The translations under genes and the position numbers were made by a program. The notes under the pieces are model-generated. The model was not told the DNA's origin and did no database searches. It was given only the letters and a program-made list of their open reading frames with translations. 64,000 bases of DNA from a virus (Duplodnaviria > Heunggongvirae > Uroviricota > Caudoviricetes), in the IMG/VR virus record IMGVR_UViG_3300012996_000001, positions 64,001 through 128,000 of that record, one strand, 5' to 3'. This document shows, piece after piece, positions 1 through 8,523 of the stretch (its first letter is position 1; each line of letters starts with the position of its first letter).

Positions 1-578
1 ATCTGAATTTTATTTTCCCTCCAAATATCATACTCTTTTCTTATCGCCTCCCGCTTAGTCCAACCTCCATCCGCTACCCAAGCCTCGTGCGCTTCTTCTT
101 CTGTGTCAAAATATCCCAAGTACCTATCATCTCCTGAATCTCTCTGCGCCTTGTACTTTCCAAGGTTCCTATCGAACGTGACACCTTGTAAGCGCCCGTT
201 TCTCGATTTGTTTGGCCGGGATTTTGCTTCCCAGTTATTGATCCATGCAGGTACGTAGAGGCAAGTCTCGGGGCCATACTCTCTGTTACCAGGTTTGAGT
301 ATGTCTTTATCTAATTGATAATCTTCGATATAATTATCTTCCCACCAACTCAAGAAAGAAGAAAAGTTTTTCCATTGGTCGGAGATAGTGCAATCGGCAT
401 ACGAAAGGTTTCTTCCTCCGTATACTCTGTTCACCATATTTGACCAATCTTTATATGCTGGGTGGTGCCTCATCTTACCATCTTGACCTCGGTAGCTGGT
501 ACAGAAGTCAACATCGTTATTGCCCCATCCGCAGACAGAGCCAACGGGCCAACGCCGGGGTCTTATTTCAAAGTCCAT
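1..578 (-). CDS. HNH-like homing-endonuclease-type protein with C-terminal AP2-like domain (runs off left edge; absent from ORF track)
   Basis: Hand translation from ATG 578 (RBS GGAG) is open to base 1: ...YADCTISDQWKNFSSFLSWW...YQLDKDILKPGNREYGPETCLYVP... then GVTFDRNLGKYKAQ...YLGYFDTEEEAHEAW (AP2-like). Confidence 0.75.
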   Translation of the reverse strand, partial: MDFEIRPRRWPVGSVCGWGNNDVDFCTSYRGQDGKMRHHPAYKDWSNMVNRVYGGRNLSYADCTISDQWKNFSSFLSWWEDNYIEDYQLDKDILKPGNREYGPETCLYVPAWINNWEAKSRPNKSRNGRLQGVTFDRNLGKYKAQRDSGDDRYLGYFDTEEEAHEAWVADGGWTKREAIRKEYDIWRENKIQ

Positions 579-635
579 AGTCTTTCTCCAATAGGATTTC
601 ATATCCAAAACCTGGCCGTCCCTGGCCGACAAATA

Positions 636-1478
636 TCATGGCTTTATAGCTAGCGACACTGCAATAGAGGAGGGCTTAAGACGCTTGTGATACCCTGAGT
701 GCTGCTCATAGTCCCTCAGGTATCTCATCACCGACCAGTCGGCACCCGGGTGGGTGATATCGAACAGAGCTATCTCCTCTTCTGTGGGGTGCAGCCAGTT
801 TTCAAAATGCTCTTTGAAGTCTGCTATCTTCATAACAAAAGAGTTGTCCTGGCTGTATACCACCGCCGGGCCCTTGAGGCTAATACTACCCTCTGAGGTT
901 ACGATCAGGGAAGACTTATCATACTGGTTGATAAATCTAAGAATACCATTACTACAGGAAGTTATTTCCAGCTTACCACGTTCCTGTGAGCTAAGCGTAG
1001 CCATGTAGTCATTGGTTGAAGTAGGCCAGAAGGTAAGATGGAACAGATTCTTATCCCGCTGTAGTGCGAAAGACACATCCCATGTGTACCAAGAATCAGT
1101 GATCATCTCCCTCATGTATTTGATAGGGGGTGATACGGAATCTAGGTCTTCTCTTACTCCTTCCAACATAGCGATCATATCGGACCGACTCATGTTTTCA
1201 AAGTCTTCATCTTCAAGACGCGCTTTAGCTGAGTTTACGGTATCGTGTAAAGTCTGGATAACCTCATCAGCTTTTTCTATGAAGTTACCAATGGTATCAT
1301 CGATTTCATAATCCGAGGCGATACCTTTCACCTCGCTCTTGAGTTCCTCAAGATCGTATGTGCGCTGACAAGATTGTAAACGGACGGTTAGCGAATCGAA
1401 GTCTGGTATTTGAGGTATGCGAGGCTGGCCTCGACGATAAGGCATTACCTCATACAAATGTGTAGCAGCAAAAGACAT
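636..1478 (-). CDS. hypothetical protein (280 aa)
   Basis: Long ORF in the leftward gene train. Confidence 0.7.
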   Translation of the reverse strand: MSFAATHLYEVMPYRRGQPRIPQIPDFDSLTVRLQSCQRTYDLEELKSEVKGIASDYEIDDTIGNFIEKADEVIQTLHDTVNSAKARLEDEDFENMSRSDMIAMLEGVREDLDSVSPPIKYMREMITDSWYTWDVSFALQRDKNLFHLTFWPTSTNDYMATLSSQERGKLEITSCSNGILRFINQYDKSSLIVTSEGSISLKGPAVVYSQDNSFVMKIADFKEHFENWLHPTEEEIALFDITHPGADWSVMRYLRDYEQHSGYHKRLKPSSIAVSLAIKP

Positions 1479-1541
1479 TCTGTGGGCTCCTGTAAAGAGA
1501 TTAGAGCGACTTTCATCGCTCTTGGTATATTGGGTAGGTTT

Positions 1542-1889
1542 TTAAGAGATCTCTTCCTGTGGGTCCGCTGCTTTGTCAAAAAGGGCCCCTCTCTCGTACA
1601 TCTTTTCCGAGATCCAGTTTGCAGCCATCATCATTAACTCTTCATCATCCGGATGTGCATACAGACGGAAGGTGATGAACTGGTCCTCATTGAAAGAGAT
1701 CCTCACATGCTTGGAGAAAGGTTGCTGAGGGAAGTGTTCCCGGACAAGATCCTCCAACTCTTTATAACAAAGCCAACTATCTTCCGATTCAGGCACTTCA
1801 AAAGAGAACCATTCAGTGCTGATTTGGTTAACATGAACAACCTTAAGCAACTCTTTGGTCATTAACTGACTGGTGTATTGCTTAGTCAT
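1542..1889 (-). CDS. hypothetical protein
   Basis: ORF; start MTKQY with GGAGG RBS. Confidence 0.7.
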   Translation of the reverse strand: MTKQYTSQLMTKELLKVVHVNQISTEWFSFEVPESEDSWLCYKELEDLVREHFPQQPFSKHVRISFNEDQFITFRLYAHPDDEELMMMAANWISEKMYERGALFDKAADPQEEIS

Positions 1890-2121
1890 TGCAACCTCCC
1901 TCCACAAAGTGCGTCATGAAGGTATCCAAGGCTTTGCCATCATCTTCTTGGTAGAAGAAGTCTTTGTCAGTACCTTGGGCAGCTTCTGCAAGGTCTGGGT
2001 GATCCTGGTGCATCAGGTTGAATAAGTTCTGTCCGATGCGTGTTGTACCGGACTTAGCTTTGATTTCGTATGCACGGGCAATCAGTTTAGCAGCTTGGTT
2101 GTGATCAAGTTTCTTAGTCAT
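1882..2121 (-). CDS. hypothetical protein
   Basis: ORF overlapping both neighbours. Confidence 0.7.
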   Translation of the reverse strand: MTKKLDHNQAAKLIARAYEIKAKSGTTRIGQNLFNLMHQDHPDLAEAAQGTDKDFFYQEDDGKALDTFMTHFVEGGCND

Positions 2122-2443
2122 TTTTCTTTCCTTTTGCTAGTTTGGATAATTTCTGGTATTGCAGTTTGCTTATGTGCGAGGGATCTTTAACCCGGGCACG
2201 TTGTTGTTGTTCAACCCTTCGGCTGTTGTGGTCGATGATCACATTACCACAGAAAAGCATAAACGATTCTGGGTTATCCAGATTAAGTTTACGAACTTCT
2301 TCAACAAAGATATCGTGATTATCATCCATACGAGGAATGAGTAATTGCACGCCATGATCGTCGTGTACTTCACGTAAACGGATATATTCTTCATTGTCTT
2401 TCATGCACTGGCGAGCCAGGTTCATGATGTGTTTAATGTCCAT
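2114..2443 (-). CDS. hypothetical protein
   Basis: Start MDIKH with GAGG RBS. Confidence 0.65.
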   Translation of the reverse strand: MDIKHIMNLARQCMKDNEEYIRLREVHDDHGVQLLIPRMDDNHDIFVEEVRKLNLDNPESFMLFCGNVIIDHNSRRVEQQQRARVKDPSHISKLQYQKLSKLAKGKKND

Positions 2444-2508
2444 AGTTATTCCTCTGTGGTTTGGTAACAAGAGCATAAGAAAAAGGTTGACCGAAGTCAA
2501 CCTTATTT

Positions 2509-2793
2509 TTAGTTATCTTTCTTGAAGACTGCAAGGATGTCTTTATTCTTGGTATCGTCGTAAGGGTCGAAAGCGTTGGCATCTTCCACAGAAGTCCACC
2601 GCTTACCGTCCCAGACAGTTAGCCAGTCAGAATCGCCCCATCGATAAGTGTCGGCACCAATCGTGTCTCCCATGTATAGGTACACAATAACAAAAGGCTG
2701 TTTACCTACCTCATCGTACTCAGGTACAGTTACCATCTTGACCGACTGGAAAGCTATCAGATCACGTACAGCTTCGATACGTATATCAATCAC
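2509..2793 (-). CDS. hypothetical protein
   Basis: ORF in tightly packed operon. Confidence 0.65.
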   Translation of the reverse strand: MIDIRIEAVRDLIAFQSVKMVTVPEYDEVGKQPFVIVYLYMGDTIGADTYRWGDSDWLTVWDGKRWTSVEDANAFDPYDDTKNKDILAVFKKDN

Positions 2794-2980
2794 CTTTTTT
2801 CTCCCAGCCCAACTTGTCGTTGATAATGCCTAATAAGTAATCCGCCATTGCACTGACGTCTTCATCCCGGCCCTCTTCATTGAAGACAGAGTAAGAGACT
2901 GAACTTGCCAGGTCTCCGTCGTAGCGCATCTCTCTTGCTAATTTCTGCAAGTTTTGCAGCATATCTAAGTCTTTGCTCAT
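2786..2980 (-). CDS. hypothetical protein
   Basis: ORF with overlapping start/stop. Confidence 0.6.
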   Translation of the reverse strand: MSKDLDMLQNLQKLAREMRYDGDLASSVSYSVFNEEGRDEDVSAMADYLLGIINDKLGWEKKGD

Positions 2981-3312
2981 TGCTTATTCTCCGCAGGGTG
3001 TGCAGGGTAAGGCATCCAGTCGGTAGGCTCGCTGATAAAAGAATCGCCATCGAAGAAGTAGTGGTAAGGCCCGTTACCATCGTCACCTATGAAGCCTGCC
3101 TCTACGTGGTCTATTCCACCAAAACGTAGCAATACTTTCGTATCAAGCTCCGGCATCCGCTCGGACATAGAGATCCAACGATGGCTCCGCAGGTCCTTCA
3201 AGATGTCCAGTAGTTCATCCGGCAGCATACTTACCAGATCGCAGTCGTCTGGTCGGTTTATCTTTTGAGTTACCAGTTCAATCAAGCGATCAAGTCTTTC
3301 ATTAGTTACCAT
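2977..3312 (-). CDS. DUF551-family protein
   Basis: WISMSERMPELDTKVLL...PTDWMPYPAHP matches the WISxSERMP...THWMPLP pattern. Confidence 0.75.
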   Translation of the reverse strand: MVTNERLDRLIELVTQKINRPDDCDLVSMLPDELLDILKDLRSHRWISMSERMPELDTKVLLRFGGIDHVEAGFIGDDGNGPYHYFFDGDSFISEPTDWMPYPAHPAENKQ

Positions 3313-3592
3313 TTGGGGCCTCCGGGGCTGCTAGTATCATTGCTCTATATGCGGTTGGGCTATAAACCGAAGCTTCTCGATAACCTTCCATCAGCATTGC
3401 TTTAGTAGGTACAACAGGGACCAGTTTCCAGCCTTCCGGTACAGCATAAGGCTTTTGCAGAAGACTTGCAAGCTGTTCGAGATAGGCCAAGGTCTTCTCT
3501 TCACGGATAGAAAGTCCATGATCAATGTCGTGGAAATTAGCCCGTAACCGGGCTATTTCTTTGTTCAGGTCTGACAGATTAACTTTTTTCAT
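3302..3592 (-). CDS. Eaa/Ead-like lambdoid accessory protein
   Basis: VPEGWKLVPVVPTKAML...YRAMILAAPEAP motif. Confidence 0.6.
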   Translation of the reverse strand: MKKVNLSDLNKEIARLRANFHDIDHGLSIREEKTLAYLEQLASLLQKPYAVPEGWKLVPVVPTKAMLMEGYREASVYSPTAYRAMILAAPEAPNGN

Positions 3593-3774
3593 CAGCGTGT
3601 CCCACTGTTCTGAGCATTTTTGATAGCAGCCATCAGGTCGTCTGCCCACACAGTTCTTGATTCGCCACCTACAAATTCAAGAACAACTTTTCTTTTGTCT
3701 GACCAGTGACTGTGGACGCGAACCGAAGTCTTAGCTGGTTCATCATAATTTTCAATCTCGCTTGTTACTTTCAT
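3592..3774 (-). CDS. hypothetical protein
   Basis: Coupled small ORF. Confidence 0.6.
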   Translation of the reverse strand: MKVTSEIENYDEPAKTSVRVHSHWSDKRKVVLEFVGGESRTVWADDLMAAIKNAQNSGTR

Positions 3775-4139
3775 ACCCCCTCCTGCATCATCAAGAAGAC
3801 AATCATGGCGGCCCGGAGTGGATTTTTATCTTCTGCCCTCGGGTGAATAAATCCTTTAACAACCGCCCGAGCGGCCCACAATCCTGTAGGTTCTAATTGC
3901 TCCTCAGATTCATCAGTAAACTCAAAAATTGCCTCTAAGTCTATGAGGTTTTGTTGGATAATCGGCCCGGCGTCAGCCCACGAGTTGCAAAAATCAAACC
4001 ATGCATAGTGGTTACCGTGGAGGACAACACAAGCGGATCGCCCGTCGGCATCATGGGCGTAACCTAAAGGTTTAACACCTGTTTTGATTTCAAGCACCTT
4101 TCGGTTAATCTCAAAGTCACTCATTTTATCATAATTCAT
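3771..4139 (-). CDS. NinX/DUF2591-family protein
   Basis: MNYDKMSDFEINRKV...DFCNSWADAGPII...NPLRAAMIVFLMMQE. Confidence 0.8.
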   Translation of the reverse strand: MNYDKMSDFEINRKVLEIKTGVKPLGYAHDADGRSACVVLHGNHYAWFDFCNSWADAGPIIQQNLIDLEAIFEFTDESEEQLEPTGLWAARAVVKGFIHPRAEDKNPLRAAMIVFLMMQEGV

Positions 4140-4461
4140 TTGTTTCTCCTGTTGAGGTTAATCTGTCCAGTCTTTCGATCTCTGCAATGAGTAAAGCGGC
4201 GGCACGGACCAAGTCTTGACGTGGCGACTTTGGTTTCCACCAAGCCTCATCCCAAGGCCATGATCCCGGCACTTCTTCGGAAGTATAGTCATCCGGGCGG
4301 CTTGGATAAACCCATTGCCTGCCGTTAACGTGACGGGCATAACAAGCGGCGGCACCTGCCATTTCACCACTGCTATGGGTATCGTCATGCTCTGGTGTCC
4401 AGCCCTCTTGGGACACTTGGCGTTGGCGCTCAAAAATTACATCGTTAATTGCATTACTCAT
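4129..4461 (-). CDS. widespread conserved phage protein of unknown function
   Basis: ERQRQVSQEGWTPEHDD...WPWDEAWWKPKSPRQDLVRAAALLIAEIERLDR. Confidence 0.7.
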   Translation of the reverse strand: MSNAINDVIFERQRQVSQEGWTPEHDDTHSSGEMAGAAACYARHVNGRQWVYPSRPDDYTSEEVPGSWPWDEAWWKPKSPRQDLVRAAALLIAEIERLDRLTSTGETNEL

Positions 4462-4924
4462 TTTGGCCTCCCGGCTCTGCTGCCAACATGGCATCGATTT
4501 GCTCACGCAGCTTGCTTTCATAATGGTCATCTTCTTCGTCAGTGATTGCCTGTGACCAGAAGATGCTGTGGCTCCCATAAAGTAAAGGTTCTCTTACATT
4601 GACAACCTTCGACACCAGATAATCCATGCGTCGGGTATCGTCGCTTACAGTCTGGACTGACGTAACACGCAGTGCCTGAATAGCGGCATTGATAATTTCC
4701 TTATTCCCGCTAGCCATGTTAGGCCAGAGTAAAGACTCCAGATCATCCGCAATTTTTTCGTGCTGCTCGCTTACAGGCTGTGCGGTGGCGTATAAGGTTC
4801 TAACCTTTCCACCCTCGCTAGCCTCTTCATCATGGAATTCTTTTGTGCAATCCACCCAAAAATAAAAAGCATTACCGTTGCTTGGTACGTAGCCCTGCTG
4901 ATACTGATAAATTACGTCACTCAT
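4454..4924 (-). CDS. Eaa-like lambdoid accessory protein
   Basis: YFWVDCTKEFHD...RTLYATAQPVS...REQIDAMLAA composition typical of prophage Eaa mosaics. Confidence 0.55.
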   Translation of the reverse strand: MSDVIYQYQQGYVPSNGNAFYFWVDCTKEFHDEEASEGGKVRTLYATAQPVSEQHEKIADDLESLLWPNMASGNKEIINAAIQALRVTSVQTVSDDTRRMDYLVSKVVNVREPLLYGSHSIFWSQAITDEEDDHYESKLREQIDAMLAAEPGGQNE

Positions 4925-5259
4925 GACTTCACCTCTGCACCTGCGTTTTTAACAGCAGAAATCACAGCATCCTGCGGCAGCCACAAATTCCCGTGACCAT
5001 CGTCGTAAGGGTCTGGCAACTCCACCGGGCGCAAAAGCTGAGCGGGCTGGGTGGAATCTTTATGGGCATTCCAGCCTCTCCACATGGCCTGAACATACGA
5101 TGAGGAATAGCCAGGACCATTTTTGTAGTTGATGCGGTAGATGCTCTCTTTATCCCAGTCTGTTCGGTATGACAAAAACCATTTTTCAAAAGCGTCCATT
5201 TCTTTTTCAACCAGCGCCTGCACATCACCATCAACTGGATTGGGGGAATTAGTTGTCAT
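4921..5259 (-). CDS. prophage-type hypothetical protein
   Basis: DAFEKWF...YSSSYVQAMWRGWNA...RPVELP...NAGAEVK. Confidence 0.55.
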   Translation of the reverse strand: MTTNSPNPVDGDVQALVEKEMDAFEKWFLSYRTDWDKESIYRINYKNGPGYSSSYVQAMWRGWNAHKDSTQPAQLLRPVELPDPYDDGHGNLWLPQDAVISAVKNAGAEVKS

Positions 5260-5506
5260 GGTTGGTCTCATTTTTGGCTTCATAAGCAATGCAAGCGGGG
5301 CAAACCCAACCTTCCCCACGAACTTTCTTCCATCCCGCTGATTTGCAATCGTCTACTAACTCTTTATGGGAGAAAATCAAACCGCGCTGAGAATCATCAG
5401 ACATAACGCCCGGACCTTCATTATCATCTGACCAGCAGCGGAACCCATCGTATTCAGACCGACCAGTACCGCGCCTTTCGCATCTAATCTCTAACCAGAT
5501 AGCCAT
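5249..5506 (-). CDS. hypothetical protein, possible Zn finger
   Basis: RCE...RCW...WVCPAC. Confidence 0.55.
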   Translation of the reverse strand: MAIWLEIRCERRGTGRSEYDGFRCWSDDNEGPGVMSDDSQRGLIFSHKELVDDCKSAGWKKVRGEGWVCPACIAYEAKNETNHDN

Positions 5507-5517
5507 ATCAACCCGCC

Positions 5518-5784
5518 TTATCCCGCCGTACTGTGAACTGCATTAGGAAAGTAAAGGCCAATGCCGCCAAAGTCAGCGCCAGTAGCTTTAGCCGCACCAC
5601 ACCATTCACCACCTTCACGATCCATATACTCCGATATTTCGTTCTCCCTTGTGGCATCGTGCAGACCAACAAACGAATCTCCAATAGTGAAAAAAGCAAT
5701 GCGCTTCGATGGGCATTCATTCAAAAACGTTTGAAGGTTTTTCAGCCAGTCCAGTTCTTTTTTAGTCAATGGTTTAGTTACCAT
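5518..5784 (-). CDS. hypothetical protein
   Basis: ORF; start MVTKP with GAGG RBS. Confidence 0.6.
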   Translation of the reverse strand: MVTKPLTKKELDWLKNLQTFLNECPSKRIAFFTIGDSFVGLHDATRENEISEYMDREGGEWCGAAKATGADFGGIGLYFPNAVHSTAG

Positions 5785-5785
5785 A

Positions 5786-5986
5786 TTAAACGTCCTCTTC
5801 AATGTTCTGAGCTACGCCCAGTGGAAATTTCTTATCGACCCAAGCTTCCATCTTCCTCCGCACCCGGGTGACGGCATAGCTCCAGTCATCTGCTTTGTTT
5901 AGCAGGGCCTCTAAAAGAATAACAGGTACGAAAACTGGCAAGAAGAGTAATCGGCCTGCCAGACTCTTTTTAGTCATTTTGTACAT
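5786..5986 (-). CDS. small membrane-associated hypothetical protein
   Basis: Hydrophobic segment LLFLPVFVPVILLEAL. Confidence 0.5.
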   Translation of the reverse strand: MYKMTKKSLAGRLLFLPVFVPVILLEALLNKADDWSYAVTRVRRKMEAWVDKKFPLGVAQNIEEDV

Positions 5987-6109
5987 GTTTGTCGACCCTC
6001 TTTGGCATAAAGGCTAAGACGATGAAAACCAGTAGAGATACAAAAGTTCCGATCAACAAGCCTGTTGCGATAGAGTAGAAGATTATTGTGGCAAAGACTT
6101 CGAGAGTCA

Positions 6110-6496
6110 TTACTCTTCCCCCAGCAGATCGCTGTTTAGACGTTTCCACTCCCCGAAGTGATGGTCTTGCTGGCTGGTTGGACTACCGCAGCCACCGCCA
6201 ATAACATGCTCTTCCATCGACGATCCACACATGCAGTAATTTGGAGATGTATGTTCGAATACATCTACCAGATCCTTCAGACCCTTCCGAAGCTCCTTGA
6301 TTAAATCGAGGGCATCCTCCGCAAGAAGAGTAACGTCCACTGTAGCATACCCAGAGCATCCTGAGGGTGTCTCCCCTTCAACCTCAAACTCACCTTCGGT
6401 GATGTCATTAAGGTCACACTCTGAGAGGTACGCCAACAGATTCTCTACGTTAACGCCGTAATGAAAACCATTTTTCATTTTGAAATCAATTTTCAT
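6110..6496 (-). CDS. hypothetical protein
   Basis: ORF with CMCG...CGS motif. Confidence 0.6.
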   Translation of the reverse strand: MKIDFKMKNGFHYGVNVENLLAYLSECDLNDITEGEFEVEGETPSGCSGYATVDVTLLAEDALDLIKELRKGLKDLVDVFEHTSPNYCMCGSSMEEHVIGGGCGSPTSQQDHHFGEWKRLNSDLLGEE

Positions 6497-7025
6497 TGGA
6501 AATATCCTTAGCAAAAACCTCTCTCACAACATCCAAGATGCGGGAGAGGTAGTCATATTTGGGGTTTACTTTAGTCGGCCAAGGTAAGTACCAAGGTTCA
6601 TCTATGCCCTCCAGGCAGCTTAAAGCTCGCGGAGTGTAACCACTGCAAAGCGTGTGACGGTCAAGAGAAGGTCCTTGTACATAGCTCCACGCCGTGTATG
6701 CTTCCTCTTTGCTAATCATACCTGCCCGTCTTTGCTTGAGTACAAAGCACTTGATAAAGTTGCCATCCTCCTCTTCATCAGGAATGGTAGGACGATAGTC
6801 AGACATCTTGTCGATAAGGTAATCATTAGAGACGCGTTGGAAGAACTCTTCAATTGTCCCTCCCATACTCCCCCAGTAACCTGTCCATGACTCACCCCAA
6901 CAAGAGATAATGACCTTTCCAGCACCTTCGTGATAGTTCTCAACGATGACTTCCACAGGGTCTAGGCGACGGTTTTGGAGGTCCTCGATACGGATTTTCC
7001 TTACTTGCGTTTCGATAATTCTCAT
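6486..7025 (-). CDS. conserved phage hypothetical protein
   Basis: LDPVEVIVENY..GAGKVIISCWGESWTGYWGSMGG. Confidence 0.7.
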   Translation of the reverse strand: MRIIETQVRKIRIEDLQNRRLDPVEVIVENYHEGAGKVIISCWGESWTGYWGSMGGTIEEFFQRVSNDYLIDKMSDYRPTIPDEEEDGNFIKCFVLKQRRAGMISKEEAYTAWSYVQGPSLDRHTLCSGYTPRALSCLEGIDEPWYLPWPTKVNPKYDYLSRILDVVREVFAKDISNEN

Positions 7026-7222
7026 TTTTTCACCTGCAAGGCCAGTTCGCTAATGTTCACTTTAGCGTGCGACCCCGGCGGAAGGAGTTTATGAGCCTCC
7101 AACTTCGCCGCTTGGGTAGCTTGATCATAAACCTGAGACAACTTGCAATCAGGTCCCCAGCCACCTAAGTTTTCCAAGGTAATCTCGATAAGGATCTTCG
7201 CACTTGCTGTTGTAGTTGTCAT
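7022..7222 (-). CDS. hypothetical protein
   Basis: ATGA-coupled small ORF. Confidence 0.55.
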   Translation of the reverse strand: MTTTTASAKILIEITLENLGGWGPDCKLSQVYDQATQAAKLEAHKLLPPGSHAKVNISELALQVKK

Positions 7223-7351
7223 ACACGCTCCTTGTAGAAAGTATAGGCAAAGTAAGCCTTGTTGCGGCTATCCTTAACACCGTAATAGACTTCGTGCCCG
7301 TATCCGAACAGCCACCCAGTAATGACGAGGATCTTTTCCCACATTTTCCAC

Positions 7352-7684
7352 TTAAACTTCAGGTAGGTCTTTTTCACTGTTTTTCTCCAGATGTTTTTTG
7401 TGCATATGTTCTACGATGCGGACGATAGGGCCGCGACGACGTTTACGGATTTTACGCTCGATACGCCAGGCCACCATCTTGGGACTGTTATACCAAGCAT
7501 CAATCTTAAACATAACAACCACCAAGATCAATACCCCAACAATCAGAATGGATATCCCCGGGATCAGGGAGAAGAAGAGCATGACTCTGTCACCGTTACT
7601 CACCTCACCCTCTTTAGCCAATAAATGAAGGATTCCCCAAATGCTGAGAACAGTCGGCAGTAACCAAAAAATGATCACCTTCAT
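7352..7684 (-). CDS. membrane protein (2 TM)
   Basis: Two hydrophobic helices and a basic C-terminus. Confidence 0.6.
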   Translation of the reverse strand: MKVIIFWLLPTVLSIWGILHLLAKEGEVSNGDRVMLFFSLIPGISILIVGVLILVVVMFKIDAWYNSPKMVAWRIERKIRKRRRGPIVRIVEHMHKKHLEKNSEKDLPEV

Positions 7685-7937
7685 TAAGACTGCACCATAC
7701 AATGTTTCCAACACTGTTACACTCCTATACGTATTCAATCAATACCAAGACAAATTTACCCAACAATCCTATAAGGATCATTACAAGTCCAGCGTATACC
7801 ATGCATCGGGTGACATCATCCCCAGGATGCATAAGGATTCTTTCTGTACTTTGCATACATGTGATCCAAAAGGATCAGTACCAAGAACAGTCCTAACATC
7901 TCCAACATACAATAATCCTCCTCATCTGTTTTATTAT

Positions 7938-7965
7938 ATACTACCTAAACCTGTGGTACTGTCAA
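7938..7965 (-). promoter_or_regulatory. sigma70-like early promoter (leftward)
   Basis: TTGACA-16 bp-TAGTAT on minus strand; GAGGAGG RBS downstream. Confidence 0.6.
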
Positions 7966-7983
7966 TACAATTTCGAAGAAATT

Positions 7984-8096
7984 TAATAAAACAGACCCCG
8001 AGTAGGGCGAGTGGGGAGGTTTTATTATAAAGTATAGATCTAACATCCGTAGCCCAGTTTGGGTGAGCGGAGCGAAGGTGTTAGATCTTATATACT
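7984..8096. repeat. two adjacent inverted repeats (double hairpin)
   Basis: TAATAAAAC 7984-7992 / GTTTTATTA 8019-8027 with inner CCCC/GGGG; AGATCTAACA 8036-8045 / TGTTAGATCT 8079-8088. Confidence 0.75.
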
Positions 8097-8121
8097 CTTG
8101 TGTGCCTTTCAGGCTACATGG

Positions 8122-8523
8122 TCATGTTGTCTTTTCTGACCATCTTTTCAAGGTCTGTCGGATGTTGTCGTGCATTGTCTCCTCATCGTGACCCGCAGTA
8201 AACTGAGCAACCAGGTGGGAACATAACTTGATAAAGCCATGATCCTCTTTAACAGGAGATCCCGCCACTACATCCATGAACATTAGTTCATCATCTTCAA
8301 CCCCGTCCGGATGCAAGAAGGTCTCGAAACCGCACAGTTCTACTTGGATGCCTTCCTCAGATACCCTTGTAGCCTCGATACCCCGGCTATTGAACACAGC
8401 CTTCCAAGTATACATCGCGTTTCCCGTGAGACCCAGTCTAAACACGGAGAGGCCCATGCCCCTCCTCATCACATTCAACTCATAACTGTATTGCAATTTA
8501 GCCTCCTTACAGATACTGGTCAA
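8122..8523 (-). CDS. hypothetical protein
   Basis: ORF coupled to the vWA gene. Confidence 0.6.
   Translation of the reverse strand: MTSICKEAKLQYSYELNVMRRGMGLSVFRLGLTGNAMYTWKAVFNSRGIEATRVSEEGIQVELCGFETFLHPDGVEDDELMFMDVVAGSPVKEDHGFIKLCSHLVAQFTAGHDEETMHDNIRQTLKRWSEKTT

Noticed and set aside
7641-8030. 129 aa + strand ORF
   Set aside because: Runs against the leftward gene train and crosses the promoter and hairpins; not protein-like.
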